Shown here piece after piece: positions 13,581-25,250 of a stretch of DNA of 53,277 bases; position 1 is the stretch's first letter, and every line of letters begins with the position of its first letter. A program made the position numbers and the translations under genes. The DNA is from Octopus bimaculoides (taxonomy: Eukaryota). Location of the stretch: contig NC_068993.1 in assembly GCF_001194135.2 (NCBI RefSeq), positions 58,611,656 through 58,664,932 of the forward strand, in the 5' to 3' direction. Below the pieces are notes generated by a model. That model did not search any database. It saw only the letters and a program-made list of their open reading frames with translations, and was not told where the DNA came from.

Positions 13581-13995
13581 AGGCGGAGAGCTGGCAGAAA
13601 CGTTAGCACGCCGGGCGAAAGGCTTAGGGGTATTTAGTCTGTCTTTATACTTTGAGTTCAAATTCCACCGATGTCGACTTTGCCTTTCATCCTTTCGGGA
13701 TCGATAAATTAAGTACCAGTTACGCACTGGAGTCGATATAATCGACTTAATCCTTTTGTCTGTCCTTGTTTGTTCCTTCTATGTTTATCCCCTTGTGGGC
13801 AATAAAGACATAAGAAACGCTAGCATGCCGGGCGAAATGCTTAGCGGCATTTCATCCGTCTTTACGTTCTGAGTTCAAATTCTGTCGAGGTCCACTTTGA
13901 CTTTCATTCTTTCAGAGTCGATAAATAAAGTACCGATTACATCGACCAGTCCCTTCTCCCCAAAATTTCAAACCTTGTGCCTTTAGTAGAAAGGA
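13581..13995 (+). mobile_element. Tandem SINE family B dimer joined by a pyrimidine-rich Tx1-like tail (13751-13814)
   Basis: First unit GGCGGAGAGCTGGCAGAAACGTTAGC...GAGTTCAAATTCC...GTCGATATAATCGACTT, then the tail, then a second unit that begins mid A-box (AAACGCTAGC, 13815) and ends GTAGAAAGGATTATGATT. Confidence 0.85.
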
Positions 13996-14011
13996 TTATG
14001 ATTATTATTAT

Positions 14012-14214
14012 TGTCTTTGCACAGCTTCTAATGCTAGTGATGTAATACAGTGCCAGCCATTCACTACCAGTGAACTAAGGTCACACCTAAAGCCTCGTGG
14101 AGCTTTAGGTGTTTTCGCTCAATAAACACTTACAACGCCCGGTCTGGGAATCGAAACCGCGATCCTATGACCGCGAGTCCGCTGCCCTAACCACTGGACC
14201 ATTGCGCCTCCACA
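14012..14214 (-). mobile_element. SINE family C variant with an alternative 3' end
   Basis: Head matches 27990-28098 (GGAGGCGCAATGG.CCAGTGGTTAGGGCAGCGGACTC). After CTCCACGAGGC the sequence diverges from the other C copies. Confidence 0.8.
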
Positions 14215-14974
14215 GCATATACGATTGTATAATTTATTCCAAGGCAAATCTTCATAAATCTAAGCCAAAGGTTTTTCCACGTTAACAATCTTTAAGCAAT
14301 GTTATATTGCATGTTCACTGCTTCCCACCCTATAATCAACAAACGCTTATACTCGCTGTTGAGCTGGCAAAATTTTAACAACCAGTTCATTGAGAGGCTT
14401 ACGAAATTTTAACCACCTGTTCTGTATAAATGTTTCGGAATTCGGCAATATAATACTGGAAAGCGTACAAAGATGTTGAAGATATTAGATATTAGCGTAC
14501 CAAATTATCAAATACTGTCATTATTGAATATTTTCGTTATTTAAATACATTCCTTATTGAATACATTTACCTTCTTTAGCTATAAACAATAGATACTGAA
14601 GTGTCTATTTTTTTATTTATGCTTCATAGCGATGGATAAATTTGAAATTAGATTTTAGAAATGTCTATACAGAGAATAGAAAATCAATGCATATTTAAAA
14701 CAAAGAGGGTTTATTATACAAAAATACATAGCGATTATATTTGTAGTTTAAGAACATCAAATCAATGTTATGAATAAACAATTAAAGAATATATTGTTTA
14801 TGCATGGAAATAAGAATAATTTGAAATGTTCCAACAAAACTATAGCTTTATGCGTCGTTACACGGCCTCTTCTTAGACTCCTTCAAGTAACCATCGAATA
14901 GCACTTGTGGTGTAGCTTTCATCTGCTTCGATATTTTAGCAAAAAAAAAAAGCACAGTTCCTTCCCGAGTTCTA

Positions 14975-15121
14975 TGAACTCACAGGGCCGGTTTCCCGCT
15001 CTCCTTGGCGTACATATTCGCCACCTGGACGGGACGCCAGTCCATCGCTGGTTTACTTATTTTCGCAAGCTGAAGGGACTGGACCAATTTGCTCAAGAAT
15101 ACAACGCGTTGCCCGGTCCAG
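14975..15121 (-). mobile_element. SINE family D fragment
   Basis: CTGGACGGGACGCCAGTCCATCGC and GCTCAAGAATACAACGCGTTGCCCGGTCCA match 37312-37550. Confidence 0.75.
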
Positions 15122-15145
15122 CTGAGCGGACTGGAGCAACGAGAA

Positions 15146-15262
15146 TTATTTTCTACTCTGGGCACAAGGCCCGAAATTTTGGCGGGAGGGGGCCAGTCGA
15201 CTCCAGTACGCAACTGGTACTTAATTTATCGACCCCGTAAGGATGAAAGGCAAAGTCTACCT
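15146..15262 (-). mobile_element. SINE family B, 3' half
   Basis: TTCTACTCTGGGCACAAGGCCCGAAATTTT...GGTACTTAATTTATCGACCCC...GGATGAAAGGCAAAGTC. Confidence 0.85.
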
Positions 15263-15517
15263 TTAAAAGTAATTAATTCTTTTTTAAGGGTGGAATTTAT
15301 AGTAGAAAATTATATGAATAATAACAAATAAAATATTGTGTTCCTAGAAAATCCTTGGGTGGCAAAAAATATGCCGGAGGCTGCCCGTGGGACTCGAACT
15401 CACATCTTGTGCAAACAGGACAGATGNNNNNNNNNNNNNNNNNNNNNNNNNNNNNNNNNNNNNNNNNNNNNNNNNNNNNNNNNNNNNNNNNNNNNNNNNN
15501 NNNNNNNNNNNNNNNNN

Positions 15518-15838
15518 TTACCAAACACATGGTTCCGAGTTCAGTCCCACTGCGTGGCACCTTGGGCAAGTGTCTATAGCCTCGGGCCGACCAAAGCCTT
15601 GTGAGTGGATTTGGCAGACGAAAACTGAAAGAAGCCCGTCGTATATGTGTGTGTGTGTGTGTGTGTTTGTCCCACCAACATCGCTTGATAACCAATTCTG
15701 GTGTGTTTACGTCCCCGCAACAGAGACCGATAGAATAAGTACTAGGCTTACGACGAATAAGTACTGGAGTCGATTTGCTCGACTAAAGGCGGTGCTCCAG
15801 CATGGCCACAGTCAAATGACTGAAACAAGTAAAAGAAT
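15518..15838 (+). mobile_element. SINE family A (head lost in the N-gap)
   Basis: Collinear with 23556-23966 from TTACCAAACACATGG to GACTGAAACAAGTAAAAGA. Confidence 0.9.
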
Positions 15839-16599
15839 ATAGCTAGAAGCTTTGTTCTTACTAACAATAAATCATTTTTTAACGGTGTAACTCGAAGTGG
15901 ACAAAGCTATAAGTAAAACCTTAAAATAATAGTTAACAATGATATACTTAATATCTCTCGCAGTTTCTAAATTCTTACCATGAAAACAACATACAATTTT
16001 CGCAGGTAAGAAAATGTTTCTAAAATGGATGAGGAAAATGTGAAGGATTACGTTGGCATAATGGTTTGAATCTGTCATGTCTACTTCCGGCTCCATTGTT
16101 AAAAATGATTTACTAATAACAAAATGCTTGCATTATCAGAATTCTAATCACCAACATCGTCGAAATTTTAACTAAACTTACCTTCAGCAATAAAGAATTA
16201 TTACGAAACACAAGTATCAGTACTTCTATTTTTATTCTAAAGAATTTAAGTATTTCCCATACCTAATACGATAATGGATTCCAAGTATTCGATTGTTTGA
16301 AAACTGAAGATGTTTTGCGTCAGTGAAATTTCGTCAATATTAAATTCAAAAGAATAGGAGAGTATATTTGCCGTGATGGATGTATATGTTTTGTCGATCC
16401 AGAGAAAATCAAGGTGAAAAAACAAAACTGAAGTTGATGGATTAGCATTGTAGTGAGAGGGATGGCTAGGTATCATGGAATAAAGGTTGGACTGGCAGAG
16501 TAATGAACTGGGGTGAGGGTGCAAGATGAAAAAGAATGGTCAGAAAGTTGAGAAGAAAACTAGATATGTGCAATACACTCAAATGCCTACGCATAGAAA

Positions 16600-17505
16600 T
16601 ACGTTGTCTGATCAATAAGTATCCGGACTGTTGCCATAGTAACGAAGCTAACACGCAGAGTGAAGCCGTTTGGCACAGATTAACCTTAAACTCCGCTGTG
16701 TATGCTCACTAAGTTTACACGTTTTAGCTCACTTCCACTGTTTACAGCAGTGCTTGGAAGGAACGTGTGTAGCGTGTGATTGTCACATTGACCATGACAA
16801 AGGAAGTTGAGCAGAGAATCTGCGTCAAATTTTGCCAAAAGCTTGGCGACACCTGCTCAAAGCTTGGCGATACTTGCCCAAAGTTTTCAAAAAGTTTTCA
16901 TCGTTTTCGACACTATCAAGGAAATCTTATGCAACTAAAACCCGAGTATCCTTTTGGTCAGCTGAAAGCAGTTTTGGCACAAACTTGGCAGACACGCGTC
17001 TCATACCCAAATCTTCAGTGATAATGGACTAAAATGAACTGTAACTAATCTGCACATCCTCTGATAACTCACAGATGGTGATTCGACGATTTCCCCTCAT
17101 TGCTACACGCACATCTGCGATGTTTTTCTCAGCTCTGCTGGTTGTCGTTCTCCCAGAACGTTCGTCAATATCGACATTTTATCGGCCATCTTGGAAACGT
17201 CTGAACCAGTCGTACACTCGTGTGCAGCTCATACACTCCTCTCCATACTCTTTCTGCAACTTTGCGCAAGCCTCTGAGCTGGTATCGCCATGACAACTTT
17301 CTCCGTCATGGTCAATGCGACGATCACACACTACACACGTTACTTCGAAGCACTGCTGTAAACAGCGGAAGTTAACTAGAACAGTAAAACTTAGTGCGCA
17401 TGCATAGCAGATTCCATGGTCAATCTGCGTCAAGCAGCTTCACTCTGCATGCTTTAGCTTCGTTACTATGGCAACATTCAGGATACTTATTGATCAGACC
17501 TCGTA
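16600..17505. mobile_element. Non-autonomous mariner (Tc1/mariner) derivative with two inverted 5' ends
   Basis: Termini TA-CGTTGTCTGATCAATAAGTATCC and GGATACTTATTGATCAGACCTCG-TA are inverted copies with flanking TA. The inverted similarity extends about 210 bp, past a start codon on each arm (16794 plus, 17309 minus). Confidence 0.92.
16878..17309 (-). pseudogene. Mariner transposase N-terminal DNA-binding region, with stops and a deletion; catalytic domain absent
   Basis: Translates LQKEYGEECMSCTRVYDWFRRFQDGR*NVDIDERSGR...NRRITICELSEDV...ITEDLGMRRVSAKFVPKLLSADQKDTRV...ENDENFLKT, covering the HTH domains and the WVP-type linker. Confidence 0.9.
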
Positions 17506-18129
17506 CACTATGAATATAAATTAAACTATTGAGGCAGATGGCTACAGAGAGGAAGGTGAGTAGTAACAATACCTCAAAGAATCTCACATCGACGCAGCTG
17601 CGACGATAGATCAAAGTATTCTGTGTGAGATGCAGTATGGAAACACATATACGATTAGACAATTACGCCAAGATACAATTACGAACACACAAGAATTTAT
17701 ATAGAAACAATTACATATAAACATTCATGCATATTTCCTAACACATTTACTCTTTTACTTCAAATCATTGAAGGAGCTGGCAGCTGCTGGTTGGCAGGAT
17801 TTATAGTAATCAATTAATTAATTAATTAATTAATTAATATTAATATTGACAAAACAGGTGTAAGTTGTTTGAACTTACGCCTGATTTGTAGTCATCTGGT
17901 TATAAACAATATATCTTGTTTGTCAAAATAGAAAACTTAACAATTACATTAAGACGGTAGAAGTACTGAAGAACTAAAACGAATTATTGGTTAACCTATG
18001 CCATCGTTAATATTAGTTCTGTTTCGTTTCTTTTTCTTTTAATATGACTAAGTACTATGTTTCTAACGAACTAAACTACAAACTAAAAGTACCATCGTTT
18101 TGTTTAGTTTTTGATTTGATATCAAAGAT

Positions 18130-18275
18130 GAAGGCAACTGGCAGAATCGCATTGAACAAAGTGCTTAGCGGCATTTCTCCCGACTCATTAGGTTCAGAGT
18201 TCAAATTCCGCCGAAGTCAACTTTGCCTTTTATCTTTTCTGGGTCGATTGACCTTAGGGCCAATGTAATCGACTT
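18130..18275 (+). mobile_element. SINE family B, degenerate
   Basis: CTGGCAGAATCG...GCTTAGCGGCATTTC...GAGTTCAAATTCCGCCGAAGTCAACTTTGCCTTT. Confidence 0.75.
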
Positions 18276-19689
18276 ACTCCTCCACACAGTTTCCACCAAT
18301 CAAATTCACTCTTAAGGCATTGGTCTCTCTTATGATAACATGTAAAAACACTAGGCAACTCAGTCGCCGATGTTGGCTATTTTCTAATTTATTGTGTCGA
18401 CGCCCCAGGCGAAGAAGTAGGATCTCCCAAGACATCTAAATAGAGGTAGTCTGGCCGTGGTAGGAGGGTTGAGTAGCAGTCGAGTAGCAGTTGTGTAGTG
18501 GTTGAGTAGAGATCATCCGAAAGTGCTAGATAGCAGTAGCTTGAGGCATAACATAATTAAAGCTCCGGCTTTGAATCTGCCCAGAGTGATCTCTCTTCGG
18601 TATTTTCCCCACAGTAATTAGGGTGAATTTACCTCTAAAAGTTAGAATATGTTACCAACATATTTTAACTAACCTAAATTTACATGATACCCAGATAGCA
18701 GGTTGACATATCATTTCACAGAAACTATGGAAGACTAGAAGTCTATAAAATGCTCCTATACATGAACCAGCCTATAAAAGATTGATAACACTTTCTAGAT
18801 GCTTAAATTTCAGTGACAAAACCGATCTGAGTTAATGCAGAGCTTGTTGCTTGTTTTTCTGCGAATATCAAAATGCTGCCGGAAAATAAATGGGAAAACT
18901 GTTGAACGACATATAAATGGTTAAGAAAGAGTGCAAGAGAATATGTCAGTAGGAGAGTCGTTGTAGTCTTATATAGAATTACACTTCTCTTCAGCTTGAT
19001 GTTTCCTATCATGTTAAGTTAAAATACTACTCTGAGAGGAGAGATTTATCTCATTTGTTAGGTTTTTGTAGAAACATCCATCCAATTAATGTATCAGACG
19101 AAATATAGAATAAGTCGATACAGATTGTTTTATTCTATAGAAAACACATAATAGAAATATATATCTTCTACGTGCTCGGAGCAAGTAGTTTGACTGTGAT
19201 AAGTTGGAGTCGGACAAATAATATTTGCCGATGCAAAATGATTTCCATTTTGGCGTCAAGAAATGCTAACCGAAATACGGCGCTATGTTCCTTAACAAAA
19301 ATGAACGCAGCATTCTATCACGAAGAGTGTTGATCCAGTACACACACACACACACACACANNNNNNNNNNNNNNNNNNNNNNNNNNNNNNNNNNNNNNNN
19401 NNNNNNNNNNNNNNNNNNNNNNNNNNNNNNNNNNNNNNNNNNNNNNNNNNNNNNNNNNNNNNNNNNNNNNNNNNNNNNNNNNNNNNNNNNNNNNNNNNNN
19501 NNNNNNNNNNNNNNNNNNNNNNNNNNNNNNNNNNNNNNNNNNNATACACACATTCTCCATACATAGGGTTTGTATGCATAAATATGAACTTATGTCTACA
19601 ACTGTAGAAACTTGCCGAGAAAATTGGAGACAGATTTCACAATTATATGATTTCTCATGAGTTTCTAATTATGTATTGCCAATTCAGTG

Positions 19690-21400
19690 TGCAGAAAGAG
19701 AACATCTCGATTCTAAAGCCTTTTCGCCATGTATGTGAAAGGACATGTTTCGCAAAGTTTGTTTTCAGTAAGTAACATTTACTGAACATTTTGCAACCAC
19801 GTGGTTTCCCCCTACCTTTGTCTGTTATAAACTAAATTTCTGTCTAGAGAAAAGCTTTATCACAAAATTCATAATAATAAATTTTTACATATGCGTGTAA
19901 ACAAATATGTTTTAGCTTTAGAGGTAAAGATCTTCCACGAATTGAACGTTTATACGGCCTTTCTCCTGTGTGTGCCAGTTTGCGCTTAGCTAAATATATA
20001 TTAAGAAAGAACTGCTCCCATAAGTCGTAAATATAAGGCTTCATACAAATATACATACATCTATGACTTTAGCAAAATCTTTTGAAAAATGGTATTGCAC
20101 AATAAGTATGTGATTAACTCTTTCTATTTTCATGATTTTTTTGTGTGTGCCTGCAAGTAAGAACTGTCACAAAGTAGATCCACCAAATAGGTGCATAAAA
20201 CTGGATTCTCTTCTGTATGTAATATTACATGTTTTTATAAACTGTTCTGTAAGACATGAGGTATCTAGGTGCATCTCAAGTTTTCAATAGTAAAATTTAA
20301 AGTTTTATGAAAACACCCACTAGTGTTGGAGCCTCTTGAAAATTGTGCAATGAATAATTTTGTAACACACAAGAAGGAAAATTAATGAAAAAAATCACGA
20401 AAGATATAGATTTCTACACTTTTATTTTTCTGAATTATGAAATTTAAAATATAGTGTGCGTTTTCTTTTTTTAGGTAAAGTGCACCTAATTTTTAACTTT
20501 CCAGTATTGTATTGCTTAATCCCAAAGCATGAAGAAGTCAAAAAGACGGGGAACTACTGCTGTAGGATAACAAAAAGAAAATCTCTGAATAAATTCAACG
20601 AGAAAATGAAAATTTACCACTGTGCGTTTGAATACATTTGGAGAAGATACTAATTTTCATAAACAATTTGCCACAAGTTACACCAAGGAACGATGCTTTT
20701 ATTAAATGTACTTAAACGTCTTCTTTTAAAATATTTAGAGTTGCAAGATATTTGCAATAAAGTTTATGTCGCAGCGTTGTGGTTCCCCACCTGAATATGT
20801 TTTAGTATGTTCCAGAAAAAAAAAAATGTATCGTTTTACGAAAATGATTTATCACTAAGTTGACATTGAAATTGTCATTGTTTGAATCTTTCTGTAAAAT
20901 TATAAATCTTATCTCTATAATATCTCGTTGATAAACATTCTCTTGAGAAATATTCAGCTTTACTTTGTGTGAATTATGGATTTTAGAACAAGTGACATCA
21001 GCTTTTGCTTCACCTTTCTGTAATGTTATGACTTAGTGAGTGACTTTATGCTAAGGGAAAATATATTTTAAAAGAAAGCTTTCGCTATATATTTTATACC
21101 ATTATAGCTTTTGTTATTTGTGTATCCTCCTGTCTTGTAAAAGGTTAAATCTTATAAACAAATTTCCTCACACAAAATCCGTAGTGAAATAACTTTGTTA
21201 AGAATGTGACTGTCACATGTTTTGTATTTTCGCAGTGTCTCTTATAGAATAGTAATCCTTTCTAGCAATTTTGCATTAATCAGTTTTTGTCTCCAAGTGA
21301 AATCTATGGTCTGATGTGCAAGTAATGGCTTAAGTGAAAGTGTTTTTCCACATTTTTCATTTCGTGAAATCTTCTTAGTATTGGCTGACTTTTCCATAAG
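19690..21400 (-). pseudogene. Decayed C2H2 zinc-finger array (Kruppel-type)
   Basis: Minus-strand remnants: EKCGKTLSLKPLLAHQ (about 21350); VTCGKLFMKISIFSKCIQTHSGK (20611-20685; exact C-x12-[H>C]-x3-H spacing); KHVILHTEENP (about 20200-20235); HTGERPYKRSIRGRS (about 19930-19972); YEFCDKAF; KTNFAKHVLSHT-GEK (about 19725). Many stops and frameshifts. Confidence 0.8.
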
Positions 21401-22002
21401 AGTCAATAGATTAGTCGGATTTTAAAGTATAATAAATGGCGTAAACCGTTGTCCTGAATAAAGTAACAGAGACTTGCCAATTTATAAGCACAACATTACT
21501 AAATCAATAGTAGATTGTAAACAGCCAGCTATTGATGTGTGGGATTTTATAACTGTTTGAAGTCGATTATTAAAAGATATTAAAATAACAATCATTTGAT
21601 ATCTAGATGACTATTGTATAACAAAAAGAATAGATTATTGGATATGATAGTTGTTTATATATATATATATATAGGTTTCCATCCCTGACATATATATACA
21701 CACAAACACACACACACATATTATACTCGGTTGTATAATATAAAAATGGTAATGATTCTTGGAAGAAGTAGGTGAAAGTAAAACAATTAAGTCGTCAAAC
21801 AATAGAATTAACACTATAAATAACATTGCAAGAAGAGACTTGACTATGCGTAAACGTAACAGATGCGGGATACGAGTATAAAATCTACATTATTTGAACT
21901 GCGTATTCTGAAGTGTATTTAGAGATATTTTCTGAAGAGAATGTGGGGATTCTTTGTTATATGATACCTTAAAGGGAGTGAAATACTTTTTTTTTCAATC
22001 TT

Positions 22003-22084
22003 AAAGGTGCCATGCGGTGGAACTGAACCCGGAATCATGTCGTTGGTAAGCAAGCTACTTACCACACAGCCACTTCTGCACCCA
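22003..22084 (-). mobile_element. SINE family A head only
   Basis: GGTGCCATGCGGTGGAACTGAACCCGGAA...GGTAAGCAAGCTACTTACCACACAGCCACTTCTGCACC. Confidence 0.85.
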
Positions 22085-23179
22085 TGTACATATATACAAT
22101 ATGTATATATGTACATATATATATATATATATTGATAGATAGATANNNNNNNNNNNNNNNNNNNNNNNNNNNNNNNNNNNNNNNNNNNNNNNNNNNNNNN
22201 NNNNNNNNNNNNNNNNNNNNNNNNNNNNNNNNNNNNNNNNNNNNNNNNNNNNNNNNNNNNNNNNNNNNNNNNNNNNNNNNNNNNNNNNNNNNNNNNNNNN
22301 NNNNNNNNNNNNNNNNNNNNNNNNNNNNNNNNNNNNNNNNNNNNNNNNNNNNNNNNNNNNNNNNNNNNNNNNNNNNNNNNNNNNNNNNNNNNNNNNNNNN
22401 NNNNNNNNNNNNNNNNNNNNNNNNNNNNNNNNNNNNNNNNNNNNNNNNNNNNNNNNNNNNNNNNNNNNNNNNNNNNNNNNNNNNNNNNNNNNNNNNNNNN
22501 NNNNNNNNNNNNNNNNNNNNNNNNNNNNNNNNNNNNNNNNNNNNNNNNNNNNNNNNNNNNNNNNNNNNNNNNNNNNNNNNNNNNNNNNNNNNNNNNNNNN
22601 NNNNNNNNNNNNNNNNNNNNNNNNNNNNNNNNNNNNNNNNNNNNNNNNNNNNNNNNNNNNNNNNNNNNNNNNNNNNNNNNNNNNNNNNNNNNNNNNNNNN
22701 NNNNNNNNNNNNNNNNNNNNNNNNNNNNNNNNNNNNNNNNNNNNNNNNNNNNNNNNNNNNNNNNNNNNNNNNNNNNNNNNNNNNNNNNNNNNNNNNNNNN
22801 NNNNNNNNNNNNNNNNNNNNNNNNNNNNNNNNNNNNNNNNNNNNNNNNNNNNNNNNNNNNNNNNNNNNNNNNNNNNNNNNNNNNTATATATATATATATA
22901 TCACATATTTATATATATGTTTGCTTATACATAAACATAAATGCACACACACACGCATGCACACACACACACATACACACATACATACGTACATAAATCC
23001 ATACAAACATGCATACATACACACATACGTACATACATACATGGATAACTAACCATATTCTTTTTTAGAATTAGATTTTCAATGTTTTTTTTTTCTTCTT
23101 TAGATAATAAGGATTAATTTCGTTTGAGGAAAATTTGGCAGTTGTTCTGGTTAACTTCAGAACTTTGTTTAGAATCAGG

Positions 23180-23290
23180 CTGCAAACCGAGTTCCTACAC
23201 AATGAAACCAACGTGATCGGAACAATAGATGGCTGTTACATGAGGGTGACAAAATTAGTTTACACAGTAAATTCCTGCCTGTCATAACGT
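23180..23290 (+). mobile_element. Possible PIF/Harbinger transposase remnant
   Basis: Translates LQTEFLHNETNVIGTIDGCYMRV, resembling the Harbinger first catalytic motif F.x.VIG.IDG.HI.I. The downstream motifs are not clearly recoverable. Confidence 0.35.
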
Positions 23291-23555
23291 GAGCAAACAT
23301 CCCACAACACGTGTGCAATGTCAAAACTAATAACTCTAGTCTTTCTTTAAAACTGCTAAAAAATAGTGACACAATCAAGAACCTCATTAGCCCCAAATAG
23401 GACAATAGAGAAAGGCACAGAAAAAATAACACTAACCATTTTGTAACTAGTATATATCCTTCTTTTTGGACATACAAATATAGAGTAACAAATCCCATAT
23501 AAGTAACTACAATGCATCAAGCTTCCTTTGTAGTTCTCATATAGATGGACACATT

Positions 23556-23720
23556 GCGCAGGAATGGCTGTGTTGGTAAGTAGCTTGCTTACCAACCACA
23601 TGGTTCCGGGTTCAGTCCCACTGCGTGGCACCTTCGGCAAGTGTTTTCTCCTATAGCCTCGGGCCGACCAAAGCCTTGTGAGTGGATTTGGTAGACGGAA
23701 ACTGAAAGAAGCCCGTCGTA

Positions 23721-23765
<45 letters not shown>

Positions 23766-23966
23766 TTGTGTATATGTTTGTGTGTCTGTGTTTGTTCCCT
23801 AAACATCGATTGACAACCGATGCTGGTGTGTTTACGTCCCCGTAACTTAGCGGTTCGGCAAAAGGGACCGATAGAATAAGTACTAGGCTTCCAAAGAATA
23901 AGTCCTGGGGTCGATTTGCTCGACTAAAGGCGGTACTCCAGCATGGCCGCAGTCAAATGACTGAAA
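23556..23966 (+). mobile_element. SINE family A, full length, young-looking reference copy
   Basis: GCGCAGGAATGGCTGTGTTGGTAAG (A box), GGGTTCAGTCCC (B box), GGCACCTTCGGCAAG (CORE-like), internal (TA)n/(TG)n, and 3' GGCCGCAGTCAAATGACTGAAAC. Confidence 0.93.
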
Positions 23967-24008
23967 CCCGCAACCATGTGGTTGGTAAGCAAGCTACTTA
24001 TGCGCCAT
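23959..24008 (-). mobile_element. Inverted SINE A head fragment fused to the tail of the preceding copy
   Basis: 23959-24000 is the reverse complement of 23577-23617 with one indel and one mismatch. Confidence 0.85.
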
Positions 24009-24488
24009 AATACATGAGCTTTTGTCTTCATTTTCTCTTTTATTTCTTTTATTCCTTAACCTACATTTACTATTAAAAATGGACATGGTACCTTGAAAAT
24101 TATAATAACGTATTTCCGTGTACTTCGCCGTCTCTAAAGTTAGTAATAATTTAATTTACTGTAATGTAATGTTTAAAAGGACTTAGATTTCCAGCCATTT
24201 CATGTAGAAAGGATACACCGAGATGTACGCCCTTCACTTCCTTCTCTTTCTGCAAAATTAATAATAATTTAATTTAATGTAATGTAATGTTTAAAAGAAT
24301 GTAGAAGTCTAATTACTTCGTAGTGAAGGAATCCAACGGAATCGCAATAACAGCAGTATATGCGAATACGTGTTACATGCCACAGAAAACAACTAATTAA
24401 TTTAGAGAGCAGCGCACGTCGTTTTATGAAAATCAATGACTGTGTACATTTGTGTATTTACATATATATATATGTACACGTGTGTGTT

Positions 24489-24539
<51 letters not shown>

Positions 24540-24687
24540 ACATATGTAGCCAGTGATTTTAATAAAACGTGCAGTATTCTCTCAACTGTTCGTTCGCTTC
24601 TATGGCAGAGGACATATTCGCATATAGCTGTTATTGCAATATGCAAATGCATGCACGCACACACGCTTACGCGCGTACACACATATA

Positions 24688-24828
24688 CTCATTTTTACTC
24701 TTTTACTATTTTACTTGTTTCAGTCATTTGACTGTGGCCATGCTGGAGCACCGCCTTTAGTCGAGCAAATCGACCCCAGGACTTATTCGTCGTAAACCTA
24801 GTACTTATTCTATCGGTCCCCTTTGCTG

Positions 24829-24861
<33 letters not shown>

Positions 24862-25140
24862 NNNNNNNNNNNNNNNNNNNNNNNNNNNNNNNNNNNNNNN
24901 NNNNNNNNNNNNNNNNNNNNNNNNNNNNNNNNNNNNNNNNNNNNNNNNNNNNNNNNNNNNNNNNNNNNNNNNNNNNNATATATATATATATATACATATA
25001 AACGACGGGCTTCTTTCAGTTTCCGTCTACCAAATTCACTCACAAGGCTTTGGTCGGCCCGAGGATATAGTAGAAGACACTTGCCCAAGGTATCACGCAG
25101 TGGGACTGAACCAAGAACCATGTTGTTCGTAAGCAAGCTC
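24688..25140 (-). mobile_element. SINE family A, near full length, N-gap in the central microsatellite
   Basis: Both halves are collinear with the reverse complement of 23556-23966. Confidence 0.92.
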
Positions 25141-25250
25141 CCTCGTACGCCTATAGATATACACAATGCACTCATACACATGCATACATACACACACACA
25201 TACATACATACATACATACATACATACATACATACATACATACATCAATT

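Noticed and set aside
18393-18613. Possible solo LTR (TG...CA with ATTAAA)
   Set aside because: No matching target-site duplication, no second copy, and no PBS or PPT.
24146-24300. Roughly 38-bp direct repeat TAATAATTTAATTTA.TGTAATGTAATGTTTAAAAG about 117 bp apart
   Set aside because: Low-complexity AT-rich local duplication with unrelated intervening sequence and no sign of function.
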